Shown here piece by piece: positions 24,621 to 33,132 of a DNA stretch of 33,132 nt. This DNA comes from a virus. Taxonomy: Duplodnaviria; Caudoviricetes. The stretch's first letter is position 1; every line of letters starts with the position of its first letter. The stretch lies in IMG/VR virus record IMGVR_UViG_3300012987_000016, positions 1-33,132 of that record. The stretch is one strand, 5' to 3'. The position numbers and the translations under genes were made by a program. Below the pieces are notes generated by a model. It did not search any database. It had not been told where the DNA came from and worked only from the letters and a program-made list of their open reading frames with translations.

Positions 24621-25057
24621 TATGCAATCCCCGCTACGTAAGTGGTTCCAGACGATCCGAAATGTGCAGTCGATACTTGGCGGCGCGGGACTTTCTCCGA
24701 CAGTCCGACATGCACCCATGTTCCTTCGAAAATGAGTTGGTCGAACAAGATCGTGCTTGCCGCAATCATCTGAGCCAGATCATGCGCAGAGAGGCCCACA
24801 GCGTTAATATCAGCAGCCAGACCATTGACATGTGCACTCTTGGCTGCGCCGCCTACAGCCACATTTAAAGCCGGAGAACGGTAGCCGCTGGAAATGACGA
24901 TTGGGCGTTTTACTAGTTCTCGCACTTGCTCTAGCATTTCTGCAACACGCTTGAGGTTTTCGATTACCTGCGGCGCTGGCGTATTGTCCAGTCGGCGTCT
25001 GATAGCGATTTGCGAATCCGTGAATTCTTCCAGACTGAAATGTTCTGTCAATCTCAT
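24620..25057 (-). CDS. Endolysin, peptidase M15 family
   Basis: LTEHFSLEEF, ISSGYRSPALNVAVGGA-KSAH-NGLAADI, FDQLIFE, WVHV. Confidence 0.92.
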   Translation of the reverse strand: MRLTEHFSLEEFTDSQIAIRRRLDNTPAPQVIENLKRVAEMLEQVRELVKRPIVISSGYRSPALNVAVGGAAKSAHVNGLAADINAVGLSAHDLAQMIAASTILFDQLIFEGTWVHVGLSEKVPRRQVSTAHFGSSGTTYVAGIA

Positions 25058-25098
25058 GACTATGCCTTTTATGGGAAATATAAAACAAACACGATGTG

Positions 25099-25107
25099 TG
25101 CTATAAT
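25099..25107 (+). promoter_or_regulatory. Extended -10 promoter TGcTATAAT for a leaderless HNH transcript
   Basis: ATG at 25114 begins 7 nt after the -10; no RBS. Confidence 0.6.
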
Positions 25108-25113
25108 TTTTTC

Positions 25114-25749
25114 ATGAAAACACAAAACCTAACTGGCCTCCGCTTTGGCCGACTCGTAGTCAAAGAAATTGCGGAAACAAATAAGATGCGCACTCGATGG
25201 ATTTGCCAATGCGATTGTGGAAGGCAGTCCATAGTAGTTGCCTATTCGCTTACTTCCGGCAAACAAATAAGTTGCGGCTGTTTTAAGCGCGAGCGACTTG
25301 GAAAGAGCTCTAAAAAGCACGGTCATTCTGTAGGAAGGAAAACAACAAGAGAATATCAATCTTGGTCTGGAGCAAAGAAAAGATGTTGCGATCCTAAAAA
25401 TGATAAATATTCTATCTATGGTGCTAGAGGAATTTCCATATGCGACCGATGGAAAGATAGTTTTGAGAATTTCTTTTTGGATATGGGAGCCTGTCCACCG
25501 GGGCATTCCATTGATCGGATAAACAACGATGGAAATTATGAGCCTGGTAACTGCCGCTGGGCCACTGCAAAAGAGCAAGTGAGGAATCGATCCAACACCA
25601 TTCGCATGGAATGGGATGGAAGATTGATGACGATTGCCGAGATATGCGAAGCAGAAGGAATTCGATACGGAGCTTTGTACAAAGCCGTATTCCTTCGCGG
25701 AAATCCACTTAATGAGGCTATAAAACGGCTTCATGGAAGTAAGGGCTAG
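25114..25749 (+). CDS. Free-standing HNH homing endonuclease, antisense to the lysis cassette
   Basis: LTGLRFGRLVV, WICQCDCG, SCGC, YGARGISICDRW, SIDRINNDGNYEPGNCRWAT. Confidence 0.92.
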   Translation: MKTQNLTGLRFGRLVVKEIAETNKMRTRWICQCDCGRQSIVVAYSLTSGKQISCGCFKRERLGKSSKKHGHSVGRKTTREYQSWSGAKKRCCDPKNDKYSIYGARGISICDRWKDSFENFFLDMGACPPGHSIDRINNDGNYEPGNCRWATAKEQVRNRSNTIRMEWDGRLMTIAEICEAEGIRYGALYKAVFLRGNPLNEAIKRLHGSKG

Positions 25750-25803
25750 ACGCCATTGTTTTCCAATAAATATACAAAGCAATCATAAAAAGAAGTAATC
25801 ATG

Positions 25804-26052
25804 TTAGTCCTTTAAGCTCTCTTTATCCTCTCGCATTCGCTTGTAAATCTGCGCCTTGATATGCAAGATATACAACGTATATAGACCTACAAGGCATCCG
25901 ATAGCGAGCGAAATACTGCTCAGAATGAAATGAATGTCACTCATCAGTCCCGCGGCACCTGAAGTGCCTGTAATCGCAGCAATGATGCTAGACACTTTGG
26001 GGTTACTAAGCGTCGTTTCGACTGCTGCTTTGACGTTTTCTTGATCGCTCAT
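25804..26052 (-). CDS. Probable holin (1-2 TM, basic C-terminus)
   Basis: Hydrophobic segments, charged tail, upstream of the endolysin. Confidence 0.65.
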   Translation of the reverse strand: MSDQENVKAAVETTLSNPKVSSIIAAITGTSGAAGLMSDIHFILSSISLAIGCLVGLYTLYILHIKAQIYKRMREDKESLKD

Positions 26053-26075
26053 TGATTCGTCTCTTAAGGATTAAA

Positions 26076-26471
26076 TTACGCGCCCATGAAACGAGGACGG
26101 CGAACCAGATCACACCCCAGATCGTTAGCATCATGGCGGTCAACCATAAATAGTCTAGCCAATTGCACATAGCCCAAAATCTCCATCGTAGTGTTAAAAA
26201 ACACTGGCGGGAGGTAGGCCAGGTAAAACGCCCATCCTAGGGCATTACCGACAATAGAGACAAGACATAGGGTCTGCATGTCGTCGCACAGTTTTGCCTC
26301 AAGGAATCGAGGTGCGCTGTACACTAGAAAAAGATCGACAGTTGCTGCGCTTCCGTGAAATAGCAACATTGCTTCAGGGGTGTTAGGAAGCGTTGCCGTT
26401 ACATCTGCATGTACATACCACGCTAGCCAAACGACTAGCGCAAATAGCACACGGAAGCGCAACAAGTTCAT
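26076..26471 (-). CDS. Membrane protein with about 4 TM segments, unknown function
   Basis: Four hydrophobic stretches; ATGA-coupled to the upstream peptide. Confidence 0.75.
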   Translation of the reverse strand: MNLLRFRVLFALVVWLAWYVHADVTATLPNTPEAMLLFHGSAATVDLFLVYSAPRFLEAKLCDDMQTLCLVSIVGNALGWAFYLAYLPPVFFNTTMEILGYVQLARLFMVDRHDANDLGCDLVRRPRFMGA

Positions 26472-26560
26472 TTCTTTTTCGGCTTTGGTTGCACTGCTTT
26501 TTGCTCAGTAGGACGCTGCTTACCACCACCAGTGCCAGTAGCCATGTTCAGTTTCTTCAT
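26468..26560 (-). CDS. 30-aa peptide MKKLNMATGTGGGKQRPTEQKAVQPKPKKK; absent from the ORF track
   Basis: RBS AAGGGA; the stop overlaps the next start (ATGA). Confidence 0.65.
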   Translation of the reverse strand: MKKLNMATGTGGGKQRPTEQKAVQPKPKKK

Positions 26561-26613
26561 TTCATTTCCCTTTTACAGTTAGAATAAGGAAATCAATTTC
26601 TGATTTCCAACAA

Positions 26614-26691
26614 ATGATACATGATCCGATTTTGATAGGCTATTTCATTGCTTATCTTTTCAACACTTGGTATTGGTCACGGCAAGCCTAA
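26614..26691 (+). CDS. Possible 25-aa hydrophobic peptide MIHDPILIGYFIAYLFNTWYWSRQA
   Basis: Convergent with the ejection gene; no clear RBS. Confidence 0.3.
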   Translation: MIHDPILIGYFIAYLFNTWYWSRQA

Positions 26692-28815
26692 TGCTCTGCG
26701 ACGTCGTTGGTCATCAGTCTCAATGCCAAGCAATGCAGCAGGAGACAGAGCTACACTAGCGCGTGGTGCTGTCAATTGAGATACAGGACCGCCAGGCAGG
26801 CCAATCAGCGCATTAGGAGCGTTCAAAGCACGCCCTGCTTGTTGGCTGATGACGATGTTCTGCAACGGCTCACCAATCGCCGCACGACCAAGCGGAATCT
26901 TGCCCAACAATGGGCTAGCGCCGATGCGCTCCAGAATCCCACCGATCCCGCCAGCAGTATTCGAATTGTTTACCGCTGAGCCTGCAGGTTGCACCTGTTC
27001 ATAACTAGCAACACGGCCAATAGCTTTCAACCGTGCAATTTCATCAGGTTGGAAGAACAATTTCAGCTTGCTATCACCAATGCCGGTAAGCGCCTTGTTA
27101 TAGGCCGATTGGCTGAAATTGGCCACTTCATCCGCTGCACCGTTCGTTGCGCGAGTCTTCAGATAAGCCGTGATCTGATCTTTGATCGACTGAAGCGCAT
27201 CAGGATTATCCCGGATAGCATTCTTCAATTGCGCCAAATCCATGATGTTCGTCTTTGGTCCGCTGCCTGTGATGTAGTCCTTCACGAATTTATCTGGTTC
27301 GATACCGTCACGGATTGCTTGCAAAGCAGGAGTGCGCTCAACAGTTTGCGCCCACTGCTTATTGAGTTGACGAGCTGTATTGAAAGCGTCGATCGATTCT
27401 TGACCGATTTGCTGACCAGGCAATAGCGGAGTGTTGTCAAGTGCATTGCGAACCAAGCCGATTGCTTTACGCTCAGCAGCGTCATTCGATGCTCGCTGAA
27501 GATCGCCAAGGCGAGTCTTGAACTGCTCAGCAACGTCAACAGTCAGCGGGATTTTGCCTTGCGCAGTCCCATTCAGAAGATTGCGCACATCGCTCGGAAG
27601 TTTGCCGCCTAGCAGAGCTTCATCAAGTGCATCATTGGCTTGCCGAGTGAACACGGACGGATCTAGTGCCGCCGCACGCCCATTCGTATCACGGGCCGCT
27701 TGATAAGCAGTATCGATCGCACTCTTTGCCTGTTGATTACGTGCCGAGAGTGCGCCCATAATACGCTGAGCAGCATCGACTTGATCTGTCGCCTGTGCTG
27801 CGCCAAGATCATTCAGATTCTGCGTCAATGCTTTGTTATTTGTATTCTGGACTTCTGCCAATTGCTGAGCAGCAGCATCCGAACTATTTGCGCCAAGCTT
27901 TGCGAGGTTCTTCTGTCGGGTGATGTCAGAAGGATTCAGCGTCAAGCTTGCACGTGTAGGAGTCAGGCCAGTCAAACGATAGTCAGTCAGACGACGCACA
28001 GCATCATCAGCCAGATTAGGGCTTATCTGAAGTGCTTGACCGACATCATTGCGAATACTTTGCGCTACATCTCCAGGCAGATCGGAAAGATTCAGACCAC
28101 TATCACCAAGCGCATTGTTAATCTTGACATCGATCTGAGTTGCTGGGACAGCGCGAGGAACAGCAGCATTGCGAACGGCATTTACGGCGCGATTTGCACC
28201 AGCCAATGCAAATGGCGTCCCCACACCAGCAGCCAAGGACGCCAGAAGCTGAGATGTATCATTGCCGCCAGTTTCGCGTGTATAGCCCCCAGCAGCACCA
28301 GCAGCGCCAGCACTTGCCAATTGCTGAGCCGGATTAGCAGCCAAAGCACGGCCTACATTAGCTATGGTTCCTGTGCCACGTGCCGCCAAGCCAGCACCAG
28401 CAGCAATTGGAATGGCTCCGCCTGCTACTAATCGTGTAGCATCACCAATGATTCGCTCGCTAGAATTCTGAGGCCGTGGCAGACCAATAGTATTTGCCAA
28501 TGCTTCGCCAGAATTGCCTTGGATATTCGCCCCAAGCGAATTCAGTCCTGCTCGAATAGGAGAGGCCAGTGTATCCAAAACGCCGCCAACACCCTCAAGG
28601 CCATAGCGAGCAGTAAGACCTACTTGACGCGGCACATCTGCAACGAACTCATTGAGTTGCTGACCAAAAGGCTTCGATGGCGCAGCCTGCTTAGGCGCGG
28701 CCGCCATCTTGAAAGACTTCTGAGCGAATGCCAGAACTTCATCCTGTGTTGCGCCTTCAGGTGCAGTCACATCATAGCTTTGGCCATTCGGATCTTGAAT
28801 GCGATATGTTGGCAT
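26677..28815 (-). CDS. Large DNA ejection / internal virion protein (712 aa)
   Basis: A/Q/G-rich helical protein; N-terminal Y-I--P-G--YDV-APEGAT module; last of three ejection genes. Confidence 0.75.
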   Translation of the reverse strand: MPTYRIQDPNGQSYDVTAPEGATQDEVLAFAQKSFKMAAAPKQAAPSKPFGQQLNEFVADVPRQVGLTARYGLEGVGGVLDTLASPIRAGLNSLGANIQGNSGEALANTIGLPRPQNSSERIIGDATRLVAGGAIPIAAGAGLAARGTGTIANVGRALAANPAQQLASAGAAGAAGGYTRETGGNDTSQLLASLAAGVGTPFALAGANRAVNAVRNAAVPRAVPATQIDVKINNALGDSGLNLSDLPGDVAQSIRNDVGQALQISPNLADDAVRRLTDYRLTGLTPTRASLTLNPSDITRQKNLAKLGANSSDAAAQQLAEVQNTNNKALTQNLNDLGAAQATDQVDAAQRIMGALSARNQQAKSAIDTAYQAARDTNGRAAALDPSVFTRQANDALDEALLGGKLPSDVRNLLNGTAQGKIPLTVDVAEQFKTRLGDLQRASNDAAERKAIGLVRNALDNTPLLPGQQIGQESIDAFNTARQLNKQWAQTVERTPALQAIRDGIEPDKFVKDYITGSGPKTNIMDLAQLKNAIRDNPDALQSIKDQITAYLKTRATNGAADEVANFSQSAYNKALTGIGDSKLKLFFQPDEIARLKAIGRVASYEQVQPAGSAVNNSNTAGGIGGILERIGASPLLGKIPLGRAAIGEPLQNIVISQQAGRALNAPNALIGLPGGPVSQLTAPRASVALSPAALLGIETDDQRRRRALGLP

Positions 28816-30158
28816 TATTCACCTACTTTCGTGATTGACCATCCACTAGTAGAAGGAGCAGTTAGCTTAGCTTTTCCAGCATTAGCTTGGAGCGCCTGAA
28901 CTGCTAATTGCCGGTTACGCTGTTTCTGATCGATAACAGGCTGGCTATCTCCAGGCTGAGGGAAATACTGCTTACGTGCGTTATCAAACTCTTGCGCACC
29001 GATCGCGGCACCGGATTCTTGACGCAAGATCGCATTCACAAAATCTCGCTGCGCTTGCTCAGCGCGCTGATCATTTTCTGATAATGCCTTATTGGTTGCA
29101 GCGCCAAGAATTCCACCAACCAATGGCGTTCCTTCAACAGCCAATTTACTGTTGATAGCTGAAGGGCTATAAGCCCCTTGAAGATTATTCAGTGTTTTAT
29201 TTGCCTCATCAGCACGCAAACCAAATGCGGCAGACTTACCTTGGAATTCGGTTGGCGCCTTGCCTTGAACACCCGGAATATTGATCAATCCACCTTGCGG
29301 ATTAGCCTTATTAACAGGCAGGATATAGCCGCCAGCTTCAGCATTGAAGGCTGGGCGGTTAGCCTGACCAATATCAAATGCGAGGCGATTCGCAGCCGTG
29401 CTTGCAGTAAGTCTTTCGCCAGGCGTAGCGCTTTTAGTGGTCGATGTAACAACTTGACCAGTGAAAGGATTCACTAGCTGTTGTGCACCACCAGTATCAA
29501 CCTGTTGTAGCTTCTCGGCCACATCTAAAGGAACTGGTGCGCCGCTAGTACCATCTTCAAAGAATGGAGCAAACAGAACTCGCCCACCAACATTCACCTT
29601 CTGCCAGTCCTTAATCTTTGGCTGGAATTTCAGTGCAGCAGCCTCGCGAGCATCTGCTTCTGGCCCGAAGCCAGCGGCACGCAACGCTTGTGCCTCTTGA
29701 AGATTCTGACGGAACAAATCTTGCGTACCAACACCGCCAATAGCAGGCGAAGCAGGGCTAGGCAAAGCATTAGCATTCGCGACTGTAGGAGCGAGATCGG
29801 CAGTCTGACCTGCCGGAACTTGTGTAGCAGGATTAGTTGGCTGAGAACGATTCAGATAGAAGTCCTGCAAAGCTTTCGCACGTTGGCGATTCGTTGCTTG
29901 GTTCTGAATATCAGATTCTTTGTCCTGAATATTCAGCCCAAGCAGTTTTGCATTCAATGCTTGGTTCTGCAGTTGAGCACGACGTTGCTCAGCATCTGAA
30001 ATACCTTGCTGGAAAGCCTGTAGCCCACCGCCCAATGCTTGGCCGAAACTAGTAGGACGAAGTGAAGGACCACCAGCTTGCAGTAATTGTGCAGCGGCGG
30101 CCAGCAGCCCTTGATTCTGATCAGGCGTCAGGTTTAGCAAAGAGTCGAAAAGTGCCAT
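28815..30158 (-). CDS. DNA ejection / internal virion protein (447 aa)
   Basis: QAQRDFVNAILRQESGAAIG--EF-NA-KQYFPQPGDS motif. Confidence 0.75.
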   Translation of the reverse strand: MALFDSLLNLTPDQNQGLLAAAAQLLQAGGPSLRPTSFGQALGGGLQAFQQGISDAEQRRAQLQNQALNAKLLGLNIQDKESDIQNQATNRQRAKALQDFYLNRSQPTNPATQVPAGQTADLAPTVANANALPSPASPAIGGVGTQDLFRQNLQEAQALRAAGFGPEADAREAAALKFQPKIKDWQKVNVGGRVLFAPFFEDGTSGAPVPLDVAEKLQQVDTGGAQQLVNPFTGQVVTSTTKSATPGERLTASTAANRLAFDIGQANRPAFNAEAGGYILPVNKANPQGGLINIPGVQGKAPTEFQGKSAAFGLRADEANKTLNNLQGAYSPSAINSKLAVEGTPLVGGILGAATNKALSENDQRAEQAQRDFVNAILRQESGAAIGAQEFDNARKQYFPQPGDSQPVIDQKQRNRQLAVQALQANAGKAKLTAPSTSGWSITKVGE

Positions 30159-30167
30159 ATTGAATCC

Positions 30168-31454
30168 TTAGAAGATCAAGCTGCTACCGAGAGAACCACC
30201 AGAGCCAGAGCCAAATAGGTCAAACAGGCCGCCAGACGAACCTCCGCCGCCAATGCCCTTGAATTGGTTATACAAGCCCAATGCAGTACCAGCAGTACCA
30301 AGAGCATTAGCGGTCGGATTGGAATACAGAGGTTGGCTGCTAGTGCTAGTCTGATTCACATTCGTAAATGGACTCAGGATGCCGCCGACTTGTCCTAACC
30401 GGTTCAACGCAGCACTATTGTTTTGATTCGCATAGGCGTTTGCCTGATTCAGCAGATTACCGCTCAAGCCAACACCTGCAATATTGCGTGCGTCATTTTG
30501 GGCATTCGTCTGATTGATCAATTGCGCATTGGATGTATCGCGAGTCAGATTTCGGTTCGCATTCTGCTGAGCATTTTGCTGGTTCGCCAGAGCAGCCTGT
30601 TGAGCCAGTTGTGCGTTCAAATTGGACGTTCCATATTGCTGACCGCTCAGAGTGTTCAGCGCATTCAGTGCGCGATCTTGCCCCTGGTTGAACGCATTGG
30701 ACTGAGCACCAGTCGTCGCCGAGATATTCGCCAAGCCTTGCTGATTCGCAGCATTGGCAAGTTGTTTCGTGTAGTCAGACAGAGCTAGACCTTCGGCGAT
30801 ACCTTGGCGAGAGCTACCAAACTGACCCGCCGCGATGGAATTGCTACGCAATCCAGGCAATACCTGACGTTGCAGGGCATTCGTGATATCGCCAACATTG
30901 GTTTGGAACGCCTGGTTCGACTGGTTGATGCCTGATTGAAGCGCACTATTCAGGTAAGGATTTGCACCGGCATTGCCATAAATGAAGTTCTGGTAGGCAT
31001 TCTTCAAATCTAGGCTGTTTTGGCTAGGAGAGTTAATTTGAGCCGCGTTCACATTGCCTGCATCGCCAGACCATCCAATTTGAGGCGCCTGACGCTGGAT
31101 ATCCTGTAGACCTTGTGCCGCTTGCTGAGCGCGATTGAACGAGTCTGTGCCATAGTTGCGCAGATAGTCATTGATGCCATTGCCGAACGCGATTTGGCCT
31201 GAAGACTGAGGTTGATTTGCTTGGGCAGCAACTTGGCTCAGAAAACCATTATCACCATTCGAGCCATAGAGAATCGAGGCAAATCGGGGGTCAATTTGCT
31301 GTTGCTGTGTAGTGGTCTGCGTACCTGATTGCTTAGTTCCTGAGCCGCCCAATGCGCTACCAAGAGCGCCACCAATAGCACCACCGATGCCAGGCGCAAC
31401 GATATTGCCCACAACAGCTCCAGCTACAGGCAGAAGGCTGCTCAAAAATCCCAT
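30168..31454 (-). CDS. DNA ejection / pilot protein (P22 gp7 position, 428 aa)
   Basis: Gly-rich hydrophobic N-terminus, NPYL, AGQFGSSRQGIAEG, Q/N/A-rich. Confidence 0.75.
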   Translation of the reverse strand: MGFLSSLLPVAGAVVGNIVAPGIGGAIGGALGSALGGSGTKQSGTQTTTQQQQIDPRFASILYGSNGDNGFLSQVAAQANQPQSSGQIAFGNGINDYLRNYGTDSFNRAQQAAQGLQDIQRQAPQIGWSGDAGNVNAAQINSPSQNSLDLKNAYQNFIYGNAGANPYLNSALQSGINQSNQAFQTNVGDITNALQRQVLPGLRSNSIAAGQFGSSRQGIAEGLALSDYTKQLANAANQQGLANISATTGAQSNAFNQGQDRALNALNTLSGQQYGTSNLNAQLAQQAALANQQNAQQNANRNLTRDTSNAQLINQTNAQNDARNIAGVGLSGNLLNQANAYANQNNSAALNRLGQVGGILSPFTNVNQTSTSSQPLYSNPTANALGTAGTALGLYNQFKGIGGGGSSGGLFDLFGSGSGGSLGSSLIF

Positions 31455-31492
31455 CTTATTCTCCTAACGCCTCACGGCGTATTAATGCCAAC

Positions 31493-31774
31493 TCAACCTA
31501 AGAAAATCCAAGCAACTGCTACAGAGTCATACCGATAAAGACCACGACCAGAGCCAGGATTCCACAACGTTCCATCTGCATAGCGTCGATCACCATCCCT
31601 CGGCTTGGTAGGAGGCGCATAAATCACTTCATCATGCCCCGCCGCCAGCAAACTAAGCGCAGCCGCGACCCGGCTTTCAAGATCTGCAATATATCGTGTT
31701 GCATCTTCTAGTGTCCTGATTTCACCAGGATTTCCCACAGAGAATTGTACGCTTCCAATTGTAGGAGTGCGCAT
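31493..31774 (-). CDS. Small tail-associated protein (93 aa)
   Basis: PTKPRDGD-RYADGT-WNPGSGRGLY motif; coupled to the nozzle gene. Confidence 0.7.
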   Translation of the reverse strand: MRTPTIGSVQFSVGNPGEIRTLEDATRYIADLESRVAAALSLLAAGHDEVIYAPPTKPRDGDRRYADGTLWNPGSGRGLYRYDSVAVAWIFLG

Positions 31775-33132
31775 TAAAATTCTCCTTCCTCATCAACATT
31801 GATGTCAAAAGAGTCAACACGTGCGAAATATGCGCTTCCGCTCTCAATCCTAACTGCAATATATCTGCCAGATACGAATGTGTCGCATGCCAATGTAGTA
31901 CCAATGACATGTTCAACAGCCGTGTTATAGGTCGGGTCTTCATATGGATCGTCAGATTGACCAACCTTAACCATCACCGTATCGCCATCAGCGCCAGAAA
32001 CACGCAGACGAATACCGCTCACGAATTTCCTGACTTCTGGATTGCCGAAATCCAATCCAACACGTTCCATGAACCAGAAAGGTTTGACACCATCAAAACT
32101 CGCAGATGTATCTAGTAGATATAGCTTCTGATTGTTCGACGCCATCAACACCCGAGTCGTATTCGGTGTGAAATCTGGACCATTCCAGGCCGTCAAATCG
32201 GAATTCCAAGGGTCACCATCGGAGTCCCATGTATCACCGAGAGAACTATCCACAGCGCCAAAGTTAGCATGATGGATCGACGGGATGTCACGATAAGAAA
32301 CCGTGCGATCCCGATAGTTCCAGACCAAAGCCTTATTTGGAATGCTGTTACCAGCCTCCGGATAGCAAACCCAAATCTCGTTCAGGAATGGATTTTTGAA
32401 GACGAATGCTCGATCGATTGCACTGGCATCGAAGCTTTGGAACAAAGCACGACGCGACTGCTTATCTAGGATTGAAGTGACGTTTTGCCCATCATGAATG
32501 ATTACATCTGAACCGGTCAGGACGAAGTGATAGGTGTCATTCTCCACGATGCAATTGCGATTCAATGCGCCCGATGTGCCGGCAACTTGCTGGAAACTCA
32601 TCACAGCAACGCCACCGATATAATTCATGCGCCAGATTGCATCTTCCTTATATATCATGAAGGAGTCGCGCAATTGCAGACCGTCGATAATCTCACCCGG
32701 GCTAGAGGCTAGATCATTTTCGCCTGCGTCCTGCGTAGGGTCAGATGGGTCCCATGTCGATGGAACCGCGCCAGGCACAGCAGGCGTTGACCATTTCACC
32801 ATGTGACGGAATTGAGTACCTGACTTTGTCACGTTCAGAGCTACAAGGAAGTTCTTGAACGACCGCATCGCCTTGCAGAACGTATTTGCAGGCCAATTCG
32901 ACAATACAGTCATACGGTCCGCAATGTTCAGATCCCATTGCTGTGGGGGATCAATCGTATTTCCAGCGTTCAGAATCGGGATGCCCGATAGAAGGCAACT
33001 GGTCCATTGATTCGGCGTACCTGTATAGTCAACATCAACGCCTATAGTCTGCCGAGTCAGATTGGTATGTGTAGCAACGCCACCATTGATCGTAGTTGCG
33101 TAGATCTTTGCTGCGCCTGCATAAAGCCAATA
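31774..33132 (-). CDS. Tail nozzle / DNA stabilisation protein (P22 gp10-like), 5'-truncated
   Basis: Frame stays open from 32913 to the window end (YWLYAGAAKIYAT...); beta-propeller-like segments, NEIWVCYP, VSGRYIAVRI. Confidence 0.8.
   Translation of the reverse strand, partial: YWLYAGAAKIYATTINGGVATHTNLTRQTIGVDVDYTGTPNQWTSCLLSGIPILNAGNTIDPPQQWDLNIADRMTVLSNWPANTFCKAMRSFKNFLVALNVTKSGTQFRHMVKWSTPAVPGAVPSTWDPSDPTQDAGENDLASSPGEIIDGLQLRDSFMIYKEDAIWRMNYIGGVAVMSFQQVAGTSGALNRNCIVENDTYHFVLTGSDVIIHDGQNVTSILDKQSRRALFQSFDASAIDRAFVFKNPFLNEIWVCYPEAGNSIPNKALVWNYRDRTVSYRDIPSIHHANFGAVDSSLGDTWDSDGDPWNSDLTAWNGPDFTPNTTRVLMASNNQKLYLLDTSASFDGVKPFWFMERVGLDFGNPEVRKFVSGIRLRVSGADGDTVMVKVGQSDDPYEDPTYNTAVEHVIGTTLACDTFVSGRYIAVRIESGSAYFARVDSFDINVDEEGEF

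Noticed and set aside
25129-25782. 217-aa minus-strand ORF in the lysis direction
   Set aside because: Mirror of the HNH gene, whose motifs are clear; the minus translation has no recognisable features.
26468-26560. 30-aa peptide as a lasso peptide or other RiPP precursor
   Set aside because: No cyclase, peptidase or other modifying enzyme nearby, and no convincing ring-forming Asp/Glu spacing.
26707-30788. Plus-strand ORFs opposite the ejection genes (e.g. 27700..28431)
   Set aside because: Shadow ORFs produced by the codon bias of A/Q-rich genes.

Overview
About 33 kb of a tailed dsDNA phage with podovirus-type (P22-like) morphogenesis genes and a lambdoid-style early/replication layout. 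The host is probably a proteobacterium; Betaproteobacteria is an inference from protein families and promoter style. The window cuts the late operon at both ends, so the missing part is probably mostly tail genes. (i) Minus strand, 15.7 kb to 1: Cro-like HTH, NinB, YbcO/DUF1364, HNH-AP2, VRR-NUC-like nuclease, DUF1376 replication initiator with internal iterons, helicase loader-like protein, small genes, tRNA-Ser(GCU), tRNA-Arg(UCU), small basic proteins, TerS, TerL, portal, scaffold, major capsid, decoration proteins and a signal-peptide collagen-like protein. (ii) Plus strand, 15.8-24.1 kb: early genes including Bet, YqaJ exonuclease, an HTH, Ea22/Lar-like mosaic genes and a secreted protein. 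(iii) Minus strand, 33.1 to 24.1 kb: tail nozzle, three ejection proteins and a lysis cassette interrupted by an antisense HNH gene. No CI repressor, integrase, N or Q is recognisable at the expected positions. The most interesting features are not in the ORF track: a ~400-nt promoter-driven, multi-domain structured RNA at 16.2-16.6 kb; a leader of similar architecture with a potential pseudoknot in front of the replication initiator; shared RNA motifs in front of late genes; and a 30-aa peptide translationally coupled to a 4-TM membrane protein at the head of the lysis cassette. All family calls come from motif recognition by eye; no searches were run.
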